From contig QCNP01000003.1 of assembly GCA_003210095.1 (NCBI GenBank), positions 3,503 through 67,502 of the forward strand: DNA of 64,000 nucleotides. The letters are read 5' to 3'. Positions 1 to 10,226 of the stretch are shown here, in pieces (position 1 is the stretch's first letter; each line of letters opens with the position of its first letter). The stretch is from Pelagibacteraceae bacterium AG-426-E17 (GTDB lineage: Bacteria > Pseudomonadota > Alphaproteobacteria > Pelagibacterales > Pelagibacteraceae). A program made the translations under genes and the position numbers. Under the pieces are notes generated by a model that worked only from the letters and a program-made list of their open reading frames with translations, had not been told where the DNA came from and ran no database searches.

Positions 1-1
1 A

Positions 2-154
2 CATAATATTGATAAAATTTCAAAAATAACTAAGACAAAAATTAGCAGAATTGGAAAAATAATATCCAAAAAAAAATTTAAGTTTTGTCTATTGAGAGGT
101 GATAAAGTGTTAAAATTGACAAAAATGCCTGGGTATGAGCATTTTTTTGCTTAA
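2..154 (+). CDS. thiL: Thiamine-monophosphate kinase, C-terminal fragment (runs off the window start)
   Basis: Hand-translated open frame 2..154 ends ...[10 protein letters not shown], resembling the ThiL GY(D/E)HF tail; thiL-hppA adjacency is typical of Alphaproteobacteria. Not in the ORF track. Confidence 0.6.
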   Translation, partial: HNIDKISKITKTKISRIGKIISKKKFKFCLLRGDKVLKLTKMPGYEHFFA

Positions 155-210
155 TATTTTATTGCCTTTTATGTTTTATTTTGTATTGTCCGGTTTTTAA
201 AATTAAATTT

Positions 211-2316
211 ATGTCTAGTAATACTGAAACAATATTAATCTACACAATTTTAGCAGGGCTTTTATCAATAGTTTATGGCTTTTTTACTGGCAAAAGTATT
301 TTAAGTTCAAGTGCAGGAAACGCCAAAATGCAAGAAATTGCATCTGCTATTCAGATTGGGGCCAAAGCATATTTAAACAGACAATACAGAACTATTGCGA
401 TTGTAGGTGTTGTAGTTTTAGTAATTGTGAGTTTTTCATTTAGTATTCTTGTCGGATTAGGTTACCTTATCGGTGCAACGCTTTCAGGTATTGCAGGATA
501 TGTAGGGATGTTAGTTTCTGTTCAAGCTAATGTGAGAACTGCAGAAGCATCTAGAAAAGGTTTAGCCAGTGGTTTAAATGTAGCATTTAAATCAGGAGCA
601 GTAACTGGAATGTTGGTTGCTGGTTTAGCATTATTATCTATTGCTGTTTATTACTATCTATTATTAAAATTTGGAATTGACGAAAGAGAAATAGTAAATG
701 CACTAGTCGCACTAGGTTTTGGTGCATCTTTAATTTCGATTTTTGCAAGGTTAGGTGGAGGTATTTTTACAAAAGGTGCAGACGTAGGTGCAGATTTAGT
801 TGGAAAAGTTGAGGCTGGAATTCCTGAAGATGATCCTAGAAACCCAGCAGTTATAGCTGATAACGTTGGCGATAATGTTGGAGACTGTGCGGGTATGGCA
901 GCTGATTTATTTGAAACATATGCTGTAACAATAGTTGCAACTATGGTTTTATCCTCAATTTTTTTTCCTAATGACATGAGTATGATGGTATATCCATTAA
1001 CAATTGGTGGAGCATGCATCTTGACATCTATCTTAGGAACATTCTTTGTTAGATTAGGTAACAGCAAAAATGTTATGAACGCATTATATAAAGGATTTAT
1101 AGTTTCTGCCCTAGCATCACTAATAATTTTATACCCTGTTACAGATTACGTTTTAGGGTTAGAAAATATATACAAACTTAAAAATAAATCTTTTACAGGA
1201 ATAGACTTATATTACTGCGGTGTAATAGGATTAATTATTACAGGATTATTAATTTGGGTTACAGAATATTATACAGGTACAAATTATAGACCTGTTAGAA
1301 GTGTAGCAGGATCATCGACTACCGGTCATGGAACTAATGTTATTCAAGGACTAGCTATTTCTTTAGAAGCAACAGCAATTCCAGCATTAATAATTGTATC
1401 AGGTATACTTTTAACAAATAATATTGCTGGTTTATATGGAATTGCCATAGCCGTAACTACAATGTTAGCATTAGCTGGTATGGTTGTAGCTTTAGATGCA
1501 TATGGCCCTGTTACAGATAATGCTGGTGGAATCGCTGAAATGTCTAAATTACCTAACAATGTTAGAAAAACTACTGATGCATTAGATGCAGTTGGTAATA
1601 CTACAAAAGCAGTTACAAAAGGCTATGCAATAGGTTCGGCTGGTTTAGGAGCTTTAGTATTATTTGCAGCATACACAGAAGATATTAAACATTTCTCAAA
1701 AGTTGCTGGCTCTAAATTAGAAGGAATTATAGTTACATTTGATTTATCAAATCCTTACGTAGTAGTAGGTCTGCTTATTGGAGGAATGTTGCCTTACTTA
1801 TTTGGATCAATGGGAATGCAGGCTGTTGGTAGAGCAGGTGGTGCCGTAGTTATTGAAGTAAGGAGACAATTTAAAAAATATCCTGGTATCATGAAAAAAA
1901 AACAAAAACCTGATTATGCAAAATTGGTTGATTTGTTAACAGTTGCTGCTATTAAGGAAATGATAATTCCATCATTACTACCAGTTCTTTCTCCAATAGT
2001 TTTATATTTTATAATTTTATCAATTGGGGGACAGGTCGCTGCATTAGCATCTGTTGGTGCAATGTTACTCGGAGTAATTATTACTGGTTTATTTGTAGCA
2101 GTTTCAATGACAGCAGGAGGTGGTGCTTGGGACAATGCAAAAAAATATATCGAAGATGGAAATTACGGTGGTAAAGGTTCAGAGGCACATAAAGCGGCAG
2201 TTACAGGTGATACTGTAGGCGATCCATATAAAGATACTGCTGGACCTGCAGTAAATCCAATGATTAAAATTACAAATATAGTTGCTCTGTTATTATTGGC
2301 TGTAATTGCTGGATAG
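211..2316 (+). CDS. hppA: Membrane-integral H+-translocating pyrophosphatase, K+-independent type
   Basis: Motifs [20 protein letters not shown] and [11 protein letters not shown]; GNTTKA carries the Lys that marks K+-independence. ATG at 211 preferred over TTG at 181. Confidence 0.96.
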   Translation: MSSNTETILIYTILAGLLSIVYGFFTGKSILSSSAGNAKMQEIASAIQIGAKAYLNRQYRTIAIVGVVVLVIVSFSFSILVGLGYLIGATLSGIAGYVGMLVSVQANVRTAEASRKGLASGLNVAFKSGAVTGMLVAGLALLSIAVYYYLLLKFGIDEREIVNALVALGFGASLISIFARLGGGIFTKGADVGADLVGKVEAGIPEDDPRNPAVIADNVGDNVGDCAGMAADLFETYAVTIVATMVLSSIFFPNDMSMMVYPLTIGGACILTSILGTFFVRLGNSKNVMNALYKGFIVSALASLIILYPVTDYVLGLENIYKLKNKSFTGIDLYYCGVIGLIITGLLIWVTEYYTGTNYRPVRSVAGSSTTGHGTNVIQGLAISLEATAIPALIIVSGILLTNNIAGLYGIAIAVTTMLALAGMVVALDAYGPVTDNAGGIAEMSKLPNNVRKTTDALDAVGNTTKAVTKGYAIGSAGLGALVLFAAYTEDIKHFSKVAGSKLEGIIVTFDLSNPYVVVGLLIGGMLPYLFGSMGMQAVGRAGGAVVIEVRRQFKKYPGIMKKKQKPDYAKLVDLLTVAAIKEMIIPSLLPVLSPIVLYFIILSIGGQVAALASVGAMLLGVIITGLFVAVSMTAGGGAWDNAKKYIEDGNYGGKGSEAHKAAVTGDTVGDPYKDTAGPAVNPMIKITNIVALLLLAVIAG

Positions 2317-2321
2317 ATAAT

Positions 2322-2792
2322 TTATCTTGTACCTTGTTCTCTTTTCTTTTTTCTTACACCTAAAGGATCATTAATTCTTTGCCTCATACTTGATAAAAAG
2401 TTATATATAAAATCTCTTTTTTGCAAAGATGCTGTTGTACTATTGTCATATTTTATTTGTTCCATATCATCAATATTATAAAATTCCTTTTTAGCTAACA
2501 ATCCTTTATCATCAATTTCTAATATCAAAATATTATTAATTATTAATTTTCTTCTTCCAAAAAAATGAGAGTTTGTTATTTTTCTTTCAACATAAATCCA
2601 TACATCATTATCAAAGGTGCTGGTGGTAGATGGTTCACCCAAATAACTAATTATATCATTTTTGTTATCCTTGCCTACATTTATTCTTTTTTCTTTTTTA
2701 TCTAAATGAAATACCCCATGGTGATCATCAACTAAATCAAAAGAACAATTTGATATTAAAAAAAAAAAAGATATAAAAAATATTATTCTCAT
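2322..2792 (-). CDS. bamE: Outer membrane protein assembly factor BamE (SmpA/OmlA lipoprotein)
   Basis: Lipobox-like ISNC; IISYLGEPS...WIY signature; conserved position next to hppA. Confidence 0.85.
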   Translation of the reverse strand: MRIIFFISFFFLISNCSFDLVDDHHGVFHLDKKEKRINVGKDNKNDIISYLGEPSTTSTFDNDVWIYVERKITNSHFFGRRKLIINNILILEIDDKGLLAKKEFYNIDDMEQIKYDNSTTASLQKRDFIYNFLSSMRQRINDPLGVRKKKREQGTR

Positions 2793-3264
2793 GAATTTTG
2801 ATAAAGTAAATATATATAATAATTTAATTAATCTCGCTAGGAATAAAAAATTATTTATTAATTTTACGAAAAAGGATACTTTTTCAGACAGAATTCTGAT
2901 ATTTCTGTTTCATCTTGGTTTTTTTTTAAGGAACTACAAATCAAAAAAAATTAAGAAATTTTTGCAAAGTTTTTATGATTATACTTTTAGACAAATAGAG
3001 TTAAGTATTAGAGAAATAGGGTATGGTGATGCAACAATTAATAAAAAAATGAAAATATATGTAAATGTTTTTCATTCAATAATTGCTGAAATAGATAGTT
3101 GGAGTCAATTTTCTGATAATGAAAAATTTGAAATAGTCAAAAAATATATAAACTTAAAGAATAATGATTATAGATTAGTTAAATACTTTGATAAGTATGT
3201 CAATTATTTATCAAAAAACTCTTTAAATTCATTTACAAAAAGTGTAATAGATCATAGGTTTTAA
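2791..3264 (+). CDS. Ubiquinol-cytochrome c chaperone (CBP3/UQCC family)
   Basis: DTFSDR...LSIREIGYGDATINKKMK motif; divergent from bamE as in other Alphaproteobacteria. Confidence 0.8.
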   Translation: MNFDKVNIYNNLINLARNKKLFINFTKKDTFSDRILIFLFHLGFFLRNYKSKKIKKFLQSFYDYTFRQIELSIREIGYGDATINKKMKIYVNVFHSIIAEIDSWSQFSDNEKFEIVKKYINLKNNDYRLVKYFDKYVNYLSKNSLNSFTKSVIDHRF

Positions 3265-3267
3265 AAT

Positions 3268-3447
3268 ATGGCAGTACCAAAACGCAAAACAACCAAATCA
3301 AGATCTGGAAAAAGAAGGTCTCATATAAAATTTTTATCAAGAAATATTATAGAAGACAAAAAATCAGGTGAATATCGTCTTTCTCATCATTTAGATTTAA
3401 AAACTGGAACTTATAAAGGTAGACAAGTTTTAGATCCAAAGGATTAA
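3268..3447 (+). CDS. rpmF: 50S ribosomal protein L32 (59 aa, no Zn-binding cysteines)
   Basis: Hand translation [19 protein letters not shown]...[27 protein letters not shown]; directly upstream of plsX. Missing from the ORF track. Confidence 0.96.
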   Translation: MAVPKRKTTKSRSGKRRSHIKFLSRNIIEDKKSGEYRLSHHLDLKTGTYKGRQVLDPKD

Positions 3448-3456
3448 TTTTAATTA

Positions 3457-4461
3457 ATGACAAAAAAAATTAAAATTGCAGTCGATGCAATGGGAGGTGA
3501 AAATTCTCCAAAAAAAGTTATAGATGCTATTTTAGAAAATACAAAAAAAAATAAAGATATTTTTTTTAATATTTTTGGTGATGAAAATATAATTAAAAAT
3601 TATATTTCTAAAAAACTTGATGATAATATTTACAAGATTCATCACACAGAAAATAAAATATTAGACACGGATACTCCATTGTCTGCTGCAAAAAAGGGCA
3701 AAGATACTAGTATGTGGTTGACTGTTGAAAGTGTTAAAAATAAGGAGTCAGATATAGCTATATCAGCTGGTAACACAGGCGCATTATTTGTTATAGCAAA
3801 ATTAAATTTAAAAATGATTGAGAAAATTGATAAACCTGCTTTATCTGCATTATGGCCTAATAAAAAAGGATTTAATGTTGTTTTAGATTTAGGTGCAAAT
3901 ATAGAATGTAGTGAAAAAAATTTATTGGATTTTTCAATAATGGGTGCGTCTCTATACAAATCTTTATATCCTAATGATGAAGCTAAAGTTGCATTATTAA
4001 ATATTGGTTCTGAGGAATTAAAAGGTAACGAGGTAATTAAAAATGCTTATCAACTACTTAATGAAAAGAAAAATAAAGATTTTAAATTTATGGGTTATGT
4101 AGAGGGCAATAATATAATGGAGGGAGATGTTAATGTTATTGTTACCGATGGTTTTACGGGAAATATTGCATTAAAAACTGCTGAAGGAACAGCAAACTTT
4201 ATTATGAATGAATTTAAAAAAACAATGACTTCAAATATTTTAGGAAAAATTTCTGCATTAATTAATATTAGTAATTTAAAAAAAACAAAGCAAAAATTTG
4301 ATCCCAGATATTATAATGGAGCCATATTAATTGGTTTAACTTCACCAGTGGTTAAAAGTCATGGGTCGACCGATTATATAGGTTTTTCTAATTCCATAAA
4401 TGTATGTAAAAAAATTATTGAGGGTGACCTAATTCAAAAAATAAAAAATAATATTAATTAA
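3457..4461 (+). CDS. plsX: Phosphate acyltransferase PlsX
   Basis: IAVDAMGG, SAGNTGA, LDLGAN, VVKSHG motifs. Confidence 0.96.
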   Translation: MTKKIKIAVDAMGGENSPKKVIDAILENTKKNKDIFFNIFGDENIIKNYISKKLDDNIYKIHHTENKILDTDTPLSAAKKGKDTSMWLTVESVKNKESDIAISAGNTGALFVIAKLNLKMIEKIDKPALSALWPNKKGFNVVLDLGANIECSEKNLLDFSIMGASLYKSLYPNDEAKVALLNIGSEELKGNEVIKNAYQLLNEKKNKDFKFMGYVEGNNIMEGDVNVIVTDGFTGNIALKTAEGTANFIMNEFKKTMTSNILGKISALINISNLKKTKQKFDPRYYNGAILIGLTSPVVKSHGSTDYIGFSNSINVCKKIIEGDLIQKIKNNIN

Positions 4462-4751
4462 TGAGAATTAATTTAACAAAAAAAGAAATTATTAATTCAA
4501 TTTATATGCAGCTTGGTTATTCAAAAAAGATTTTAGAAAGCATTCTAGAAGATTTATTGGATATAATTATTGACCAATTGGTAAAAAATAAAAAAGTAAA
4601 AATATCAAATTTTGGAACTTTTGAAATTAGACATAAAAAAAAGAGAATAGGGCGTAATCCTAAAACTAAAGAAGAAAAAATTATATCTGAAAGAAACGTA
4701 GTTTTGTTTAAACCCTCAAAAGATTTTAAAAATTTTATTAATAGTGACTAA
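4461..4751 (+). CDS. ihfA: Integration host factor subunit alpha
   Basis: VKISNFGTF...GRNPKT HU/IHF motif; plsX-ihfA-MerR synteny. Confidence 0.9.
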   Translation: MRINLTKKEIINSIYMQLGYSKKILESILEDLLDIIIDQLVKNKKVKISNFGTFEIRHKKKRIGRNPKTKEEKIISERNVVLFKPSKDFKNFINSD

Positions 4752-5109
4752 CAAATCAGAAAAAGCTTATAAAACCATAGGTGAGGTTTCTAAAATGTTA
4801 AACCTAACGAGTGGTGTTTCAAAAAAGAGTAATAACCACACATTAAGGTATTGGGAAACTCAATTTAAGCAAATTAAACCAAAAATTATAAATAAAAGAA
4901 GATATTACGATATTAATACTATCCATCTTTTATCAAAAATCCATTTTTTGTTAAAAAAGCAAGGTATGACTATAAAAGGGGTGCAAAAATATTTAAATAA
5001 TGAAAAAATAAATGTTGACGAGAAAAATAATGAAATTATAAGATCTGTTGAATTAAAATTTAGACTAAATAAACTGTCTAATATTTTAAAAACATTAAAA
5101 AAAAAATAA
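4744..5109 (+). CDS. MerR-family transcriptional regulator
   Basis: YKTIGEVS...LRYWETQF...RRYY helix-turn-helix; follows ihfA. Confidence 0.88.
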   Translation: MTNKSEKAYKTIGEVSKMLNLTSGVSKKSNNHTLRYWETQFKQIKPKIINKRRYYDINTIHLLSKIHFLLKKQGMTIKGVQKYLNNEKINVDEKNNEIIRSVELKFRLNKLSNILKTLKKK

Positions 5110-5301
5110 ATGGCAAAAAAAACACACGTTAAAATTCGATTAGTTCCCGAAGCTAAACCAGATAGTCCTTTTTTTTACTATGTGAAAAAACCTGCGGGTG
5201 GTGAAAAAGCAAAAATTAAATTAAAAGCTAGAAAGTATAATCCGTCTACTAGAAAGCATGAGACATTTGTAGAAAAAAAACTTCCACCTCATAGTAAATA
5301 A
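5110..5301 (+). CDS. rpmG: 50S ribosomal protein L33 (63 aa, no Zn-binding cysteines)
   Basis: MAKK..KIRLV...LKARKYNPSTRKHETFVEKK pattern. Confidence 0.85.
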   Translation: MAKKTHVKIRLVPEAKPDSPFFYYVKKPAGGEKAKIKLKARKYNPSTRKHETFVEKKLPPHSK

Positions 5302-5592
5302 TTATTTCTTTTTAAAGTTTCTATATTCATAGTTAATAAATGCTGAAATCATACTTTTCCAGATCCTATTGGTAATATTAACGTCAATATTATTTTTTTT
5401 TGATTTAATTTTAATATTTTTTAAAATTATATTTATTCTTTTTTTGTCAATAATCTCACTTTTTTTTTCTTTCAAAGATAAAACGTTTTGAACAACTTTG
5501 TATCTTTTCTTTATAATTTTCAATAGTTTGTTATCTAAAGAATCAAGTTTTTTCCTTAGTATAATTAATTTTTTTTTATTCTTGGGCGACAT
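5302..5592 (-). CDS. Chorismate mutase (AroQ/type II, stand-alone)
   Basis: LRKKLDSLDNKLLKIIKKR...IIDKKR...IWKSMISAFI pattern. Confidence 0.85.
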   Translation of the reverse strand: MSPKNKKKLIILRKKLDSLDNKLLKIIKKRYKVVQNVLSLKEKKSEIIDKKRINIILKNIKIKSKKNNIDVNITNRIWKSMISAFINYEYRNFKKK

Positions 5593-5635
5593 TTATTCTT
5601 TTGGATTTATCATAAATTATTATATCTATCTAGTA

Positions 5636-6649
5636 ATGATCCTAAATAACAAAAATATTATAAATTTGCTAAGTTTATGGTTAATTTTTATGTTTTTTTT
5701 GATAGCGTCTATAATCGTTGTAGGTGGATTGACAAGACTAACTGACTCTGGTTTGTCTATTACTAAATGGGAACTTTTCACTGGGGTTTTTCCACCATTT
5801 AATCAAGAACAGTGGTTAAATTATTTTGCATTATATAAAGAAATACCTGAATTTAAATTACAAAATTTCAATATGTCATTAGATGAATTTAAAGTTATTT
5901 TTTGGTGGGAATGGGGCCATAGATTATTAGGAAGATTTATTGGATTATTTTTTTTAGTCCCATTAATATTTTTTATTTTTAAGCTTGGATTAAAAAAAAC
6001 AACTCCATTTATAACAATTTTTTTACTTATATGTTTTCAAGGTTTTTTTGGTTGGTTCATGGTTGAAAGTGGATTAGTTAACAGAATTGACGTAAGTCAT
6101 TTTAGGTTATCCCTGCATTTAACAACAGCTTTTATAATACTTTCTTTAATATTATGGCAAATTTTAAAAATTAAGATTAATTTTAATAAGGAAGAAATTA
6201 AATTTAAACTACCTCAAATTTTTCTTTTTTTAATTTTTTTACAGATAGTTGTTGGAGCATTTGTCTCTGGTATGGATGCTGGCAAGATTTATAATTCGTG
6301 GCCATTAATGGGTGAAAATTATTTTCCAAACGATAGTAACATTAATGAGTTATTTATGATAACTGCTTTAAGTGAACCATCGCTTGTTCAATTTATTCAT
6401 AGGAATTTGGCATATCTAATTTTAATTGTATACTTCGTTATATTGTATTTTATTATATCAAAAAAATTAGAAAATTTTTACAATATAGCAAAATTTCTAG
6501 GTATTGTTTTACTACTACAAATATTTTTAGGTATTTTAACAATAATTAGTGGTGCACAGATAATAGTCGCTTCTATGCACCAGGTTAGTTCTATATTATT
6601 AATTAGTTCTGGTATTTATTTATTTTTTTTAAACACAAATAAAAATTAA
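5636..6649 (+). CDS. ctaA: Heme A synthase (COX15/CtaA)
   Basis: VGGLTRLTDSGLSIT, WEWGHRLLGR, VSHFRLSLHL, QFIHR, HQ motifs. The track's longer start overlaps chorismate mutase, so ATG 5636 is preferred. Confidence 0.93.
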   Translation: MILNNKNIINLLSLWLIFMFFLIASIIVVGGLTRLTDSGLSITKWELFTGVFPPFNQEQWLNYFALYKEIPEFKLQNFNMSLDEFKVIFWWEWGHRLLGRFIGLFFLVPLIFFIFKLGLKKTTPFITIFLLICFQGFFGWFMVESGLVNRIDVSHFRLSLHLTTAFIILSLILWQILKIKINFNKEEIKFKLPQIFLFLIFLQIVVGAFVSGMDAGKIYNSWPLMGENYFPNDSNINELFMITALSEPSLVQFIHRNLAYLILIVYFVILYFIISKKLENFYNIAKFLGIVLLLQIFLGILTIISGAQIIVASMHQVSSILLISSGIYLFFLNTNKN

Positions 6650-7971
6650 CTTACAGCTTTTAAACTAGGTTTGCCAGAAGCATCAAGTGCTTGTTTTAAA
6701 TCAGCAATTATATCGTCTGGGTGTTCAATACCTATAGATAATCTAACATATCCAGGTGTTACACCAGCTGCCAATAACTCTTCTTCTGTAAGTTGACTAT
6801 GTGTCGTAGTAGCGGGATGAATTGCTAAACTTCTAGCATCACCAATATTAGCTACATGGTAAAACATTTTTAAGGCTTCAATAAACTTTTTACCAGCCTC
6901 TACGCCTCCTTTTACCTCAATACCTATTAAAGCTCCATTACCACCAGAAAAATATTTTTTAGTTCTATCACCAACAGTACCTTTATGTAGCGTTGGATAT
7001 ATAACTCTTTCAACATTTTTATGTTTTGTTAAAAAATCAACTGCTTTTTCAGCATTTGAACAATGTTGTTTCATTCTTAATGGGGCTGTTTCTAAACCTT
7101 GAATTATACCCCAAGCATTATCAGGTGCTAATGGTGCACCTAAATCTCTTAATAAACAAACCCTAGCTCTTACCGCAAAAGATACATTTGCTCCGGTCAA
7201 CTGAGGAACTACTTCTCCCCATTTTGCACCCCCGTAACTCATATCAGGTTCATTAAATAAAGGTTGTCTTTTTGGATCAGCGGTCCAATCAAAATTACCA
7301 CCGTCTACTAAACATCCGCCTATTACTGTTCCATGACCACCAATAAATTTTGTTAATGAATGAACAACTACGGCAGCACCATGATCTAATGGTTTACATA
7401 TTATAGGAGCAGCAGTATTGTCCATTATAAGAGGTATATTATGTTTTCTTCCAATATCAGAAACTTCTTTAATTGGAAAAACTCTTAAAGCAGGATTTGG
7501 TAATGTTTCAGCATAAAAACATCTAGTCCTGTCGTCAATTGCTTTTTCAAAATTTTTAGGATCAGACGGATCAGCATATCTTACCTCTATACCTAATTTT
7601 TTTAATGTGTGAGTAAATAAATTTACAGTACCACCATACAAATCTGTAGAACTAATAAAATTATCGCCTGCTTGACATACATTAACGATAGCAAAAGTAG
7701 ATGCAGCCTGACCAGATCCAACTGTAACACATGCCAATCCATTTTCAATAGCAGCAACTCTTTTTTCTAGTACATCATTTGTTGGATTCATAATTCTTGT
7801 ATAAATATTACCAAATTCTTTTAAGGCAAATAAATTTGCTGCATGACCAGTGTTATTAAATTGATAGGATGTGGTTCTGTAAATTGGAACTGCAACAGCA
7901 GTTGTTGCGGGATCACTTCTATATTCACCACCATGTAAAGCTATAGTTTCTGGATTTTTTGATTTACTCAT
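6646..7971 (-). CDS. metY: O-acetylhomoserine aminocarboxypropyltransferase / sulfhydrylase
   Basis: IYTRIMNPT, HSLTKFIGGHG (PLP Lys), ANIGDARSLAIHPATTTHSQL. Confidence 0.95.
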   Translation of the reverse strand: MSKSKNPETIALHGGEYRSDPATTAVAVPIYRTTSYQFNNTGHAANLFALKEFGNIYTRIMNPTNDVLEKRVAAIENGLACVTVGSGQAASTFAIVNVCQAGDNFISSTDLYGGTVNLFTHTLKKLGIEVRYADPSDPKNFEKAIDDRTRCFYAETLPNPALRVFPIKEVSDIGRKHNIPLIMDNTAAPIICKPLDHGAAVVVHSLTKFIGGHGTVIGGCLVDGGNFDWTADPKRQPLFNEPDMSYGGAKWGEVVPQLTGANVSFAVRARVCLLRDLGAPLAPDNAWGIIQGLETAPLRMKQHCSNAEKAVDFLTKHKNVERVIYPTLHKGTVGDRTKKYFSGGNGALIGIEVKGGVEAGKKFIEALKMFYHVANIGDARSLAIHPATTTHSQLTEEELLAAGVTPGYVRLSIGIEHPDDIIADLKQALDASGKPSLKAVS

Positions 7972-8089
7972 ATTTGACTCCTAAGATAATGATTAATTGA
8001 AGGTATAAATTAAGTTTATTTACCATTTTTTTTAATTATATTTAAGCGTATCACAGTGATTAAGCAAAAAACAAGCTAAATATATTAAA

Positions 8090-8118
8090 TTGACAAGCCA
8101 ATATTTCTAAGTATTAAT
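8090..8118 (+). promoter_or_regulatory. Sigma70-type promoter of rplM-rpsI
   Basis: TTGACA at 8090-8095 and TATTAAT at 8112-8118 (16-17 nt spacer). Confidence 0.55.
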
Positions 8119-8126
8119 CGCGCACA

Positions 8127-8585
8127 ATGACGAATTTTGTAAAAAAATCTGAAATCAATTCTAAGTGGTATGAAATAGACGCAAAAAACGCAGTAGTGGG
8201 TCGACTTGCAACTATTATTAGTAAAATTTTAAGAGGCAAAAATACGCCTAAATACACACCACACATGGACCATGGAGATTTTGTGGTTGTGAAAAACGTA
8301 GAACTTCTAAAATTTACAGGTAATAAATTTGAAAATAAAAAATATTATAAACATACAGGATATCCAGGTGGTATTAAGGAAACGACACCAGAAAAACTTT
8401 CAAAAAAGAAACCAGACGAGATTTTGAAGTTAGCTGTAAAGAGAATGCTACCTGGTGGTCCGTTAGCAAAAAAACAACTTTCTAAATTAAAAATATATAC
8501 TGGTGAAAATCATCCTCATACTTCTCAAAGTCCTGAAACAATAGACATTTCAAAATTAAATAATAAAAACGTTTTAAGGAAATAA
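8127..8585 (+). CDS. rplM: 50S ribosomal protein L13
   Basis: WYEIDA...GRLAT...YTPHMDHGDFVVV, HTGYPGGIK. Confidence 0.98.
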   Translation: MTNFVKKSEINSKWYEIDAKNAVVGRLATIISKILRGKNTPKYTPHMDHGDFVVVKNVELLKFTGNKFENKKYYKHTGYPGGIKETTPEKLSKKKPDEILKLAVKRMLPGGPLAKKQLSKLKIYTGENHPHTSQSPETIDISKLNNKNVLRK

Positions 8586-8588
8586 TCA

Positions 8589-9002
8589 ATGAATCAAATA
8601 GAAAAATTAGATTTCAAAGATAGTAAGTACGCTACAGGACGTAGAAAAAAATCCATTGCAAAAGTTTGGTTAAAAAAAGGTACAGGAAAAATCTTAGTTA
8701 ATGGGAAAACTTACGACGAATATTTTAAAAGGGTCGATCACATAAGTGGTTTGATCAAGCCATTTGAGGTTATAAATCAGACTACTTCTTACGACGTTAG
8801 ATGCTCTGTAAAGGGTGGGGGACACAGTGGTCAAATTGGTGCAATGTTGCATGGTATATCAAAAGCATTATTACAATTTGATAGTGCTTTTAAACCTGAA
8901 TTAAAGAAACAAAAATTAACAACTAGAGACTCTAGATCTGTAGAACGTAAAAAATACGGTCACAGAAAAGCTAGAAGAAGCTTTCAGTTTTCTAAAAGAT
9001 AA
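8589..9002 (+). CDS. rpsI: 30S ribosomal protein S9
   Basis: ATGRRK, GGGHSGQ, TRDSRSVERKKYG...QFSKR. Confidence 0.98.
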   Translation: MNQIEKLDFKDSKYATGRRKKSIAKVWLKKGTGKILVNGKTYDEYFKRVDHISGLIKPFEVINQTTSYDVRCSVKGGGHSGQIGAMLHGISKALLQFDSAFKPELKKQKLTTRDSRSVERKKYGHRKARRSFQFSKR

Positions 9003-9036
9003 TATCTTTTTAAAAATCAACTGTTATTATAATTTT

Positions 9037-10053
9037 ATGCAGAAAGTAAATGTATTAGTTGCCGGTTCCACAGGATATATTGGTATCCAATTAATAAAAT
9101 TATTAATAAAACATAAATTTATAAAAATTAAATATCTTTGTGGAAATTCATCAGTAGGAAAAAATATTAGTAATTATGATATAAATTTAAAGAAAAAAAA
9201 ATTACCTAAAATTAAAAAATTAAATTACAATTTTTTTAGTAATGTAGATGTTATATTTACAGCATTACCAAATGGTGAAAGTCAAATAATTTCCAATCAT
9301 TTGAAAAAAAATAATATATTAATAGATTTATCAGCAGATTTTAGACTTCAAAATAAAGATATTTATGAAGAATTTTACAAAATTAAACACAAATCTATAA
9401 AAAATATTAAAAATAGTATTTATGCTTTACCCGAAATAATTAAAAATAAGATTAAAAATAAAAAAATTATTTCCTGTCCTGGATGTTACCCGACATCAAT
9501 TTTATTACCTCTTATTCCATTATTAAAGAAAAAATTGGTAAATAAAAATATAATTGTTGACTCTAAATCTGGGTATTCTGGTGCTGGCAGATCTATACAT
9601 AAAAAATATAAAAATCATAACCTTTATGAATCTTTGAGCGTTTATGGAATTCCAAAACATAGACATAACTCAGAAATTCAACAAGAATTTAATAGAATAT
9701 CAAAAAAGATTTCGTTTGAATTTACACCTCATTTAATACCTATGTTCAGAGGGATTTTATCTACTATTTATGTGGAAAAGAAAAAAAATGTTTCTACAAA
9801 AAAATTGTTAAAATATTTAAAAGAATTTTATAAAAATGATAAATTTATAAGAATTAAAAAAATGAATAAATTATTAAGTACAAATGATGTTATAAATACA
9901 AACTATTGTGACATTTCGATTTGTGAAAGTAATATAAAAAATAAAATAATTATATTATCTGCTATTGATAACTTGATAAAAGGAGGCGCAGGTCAAGCTA
10001 TACAAAATTTAAATTATAAATATAATTTTAGGATGACAGAGGGTTTAATATGA
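9037..10053 (+). CDS. argC: N-acetyl-gamma-glutamyl-phosphate reductase
   Basis: GSTGYIG, IDLSADFR, PGCYPT, SGYSGAG, DNLIKGGAGQAIQN. Confidence 0.95.
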   Translation: MQKVNVLVAGSTGYIGIQLIKLLIKHKFIKIKYLCGNSSVGKNISNYDINLKKKKLPKIKKLNYNFFSNVDVIFTALPNGESQIISNHLKKNNILIDLSADFRLQNKDIYEEFYKIKHKSIKNIKNSIYALPEIIKNKIKNKKIISCPGCYPTSILLPLIPLLKKKLVNKNIIVDSKSGYSGAGRSIHKKYKNHNLYESLSVYGIPKHRHNSEIQQEFNRISKKISFEFTPHLIPMFRGILSTIYVEKKKNVSTKKLLKYLKEFYKNDKFIRIKKMNKLLSTNDVINTNYCDISICESNIKNKIIILSAIDNLIKGGAGQAIQNLNYKYNFRMTEGLI

Positions 10054-10226
10054 AATTTATTATTTTTTTTCTTCTATTATTCACAATTTCTTGCAGTAAT
10101 TTAGACAAATCAAATAAACACGATTTTATTGATGTTGATATAAATAAAGAACTTTCATTTAATGAATATAAAGAAATAATACAAAAGAAAGGTATGTCAA
10201 AAAAATTTCCGAATATAAATGAATAA
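10050..10226 (+). CDS. Small putative lipoprotein (58 aa)
   Basis: Hand translation MKFIIFFLLLFTISCSNLDK...FPNINE*; signal peptide with lipobox TIS-C; overlaps the argC stop and hom start. Not in the ORF track. Confidence 0.7.
   Translation: MKFIIFFLLLFTISCSNLDKSNKHDFIDVDINKELSFNEYKEIIQKKGMSKKFPNINE

Noticed and set aside
2758-2769. A12 tract in bamE as a phase-variation switch
   Set aside because: It encodes Phe/Leu in the signal peptide of a conserved core gene, and long A/T runs are common in this AT-rich window.
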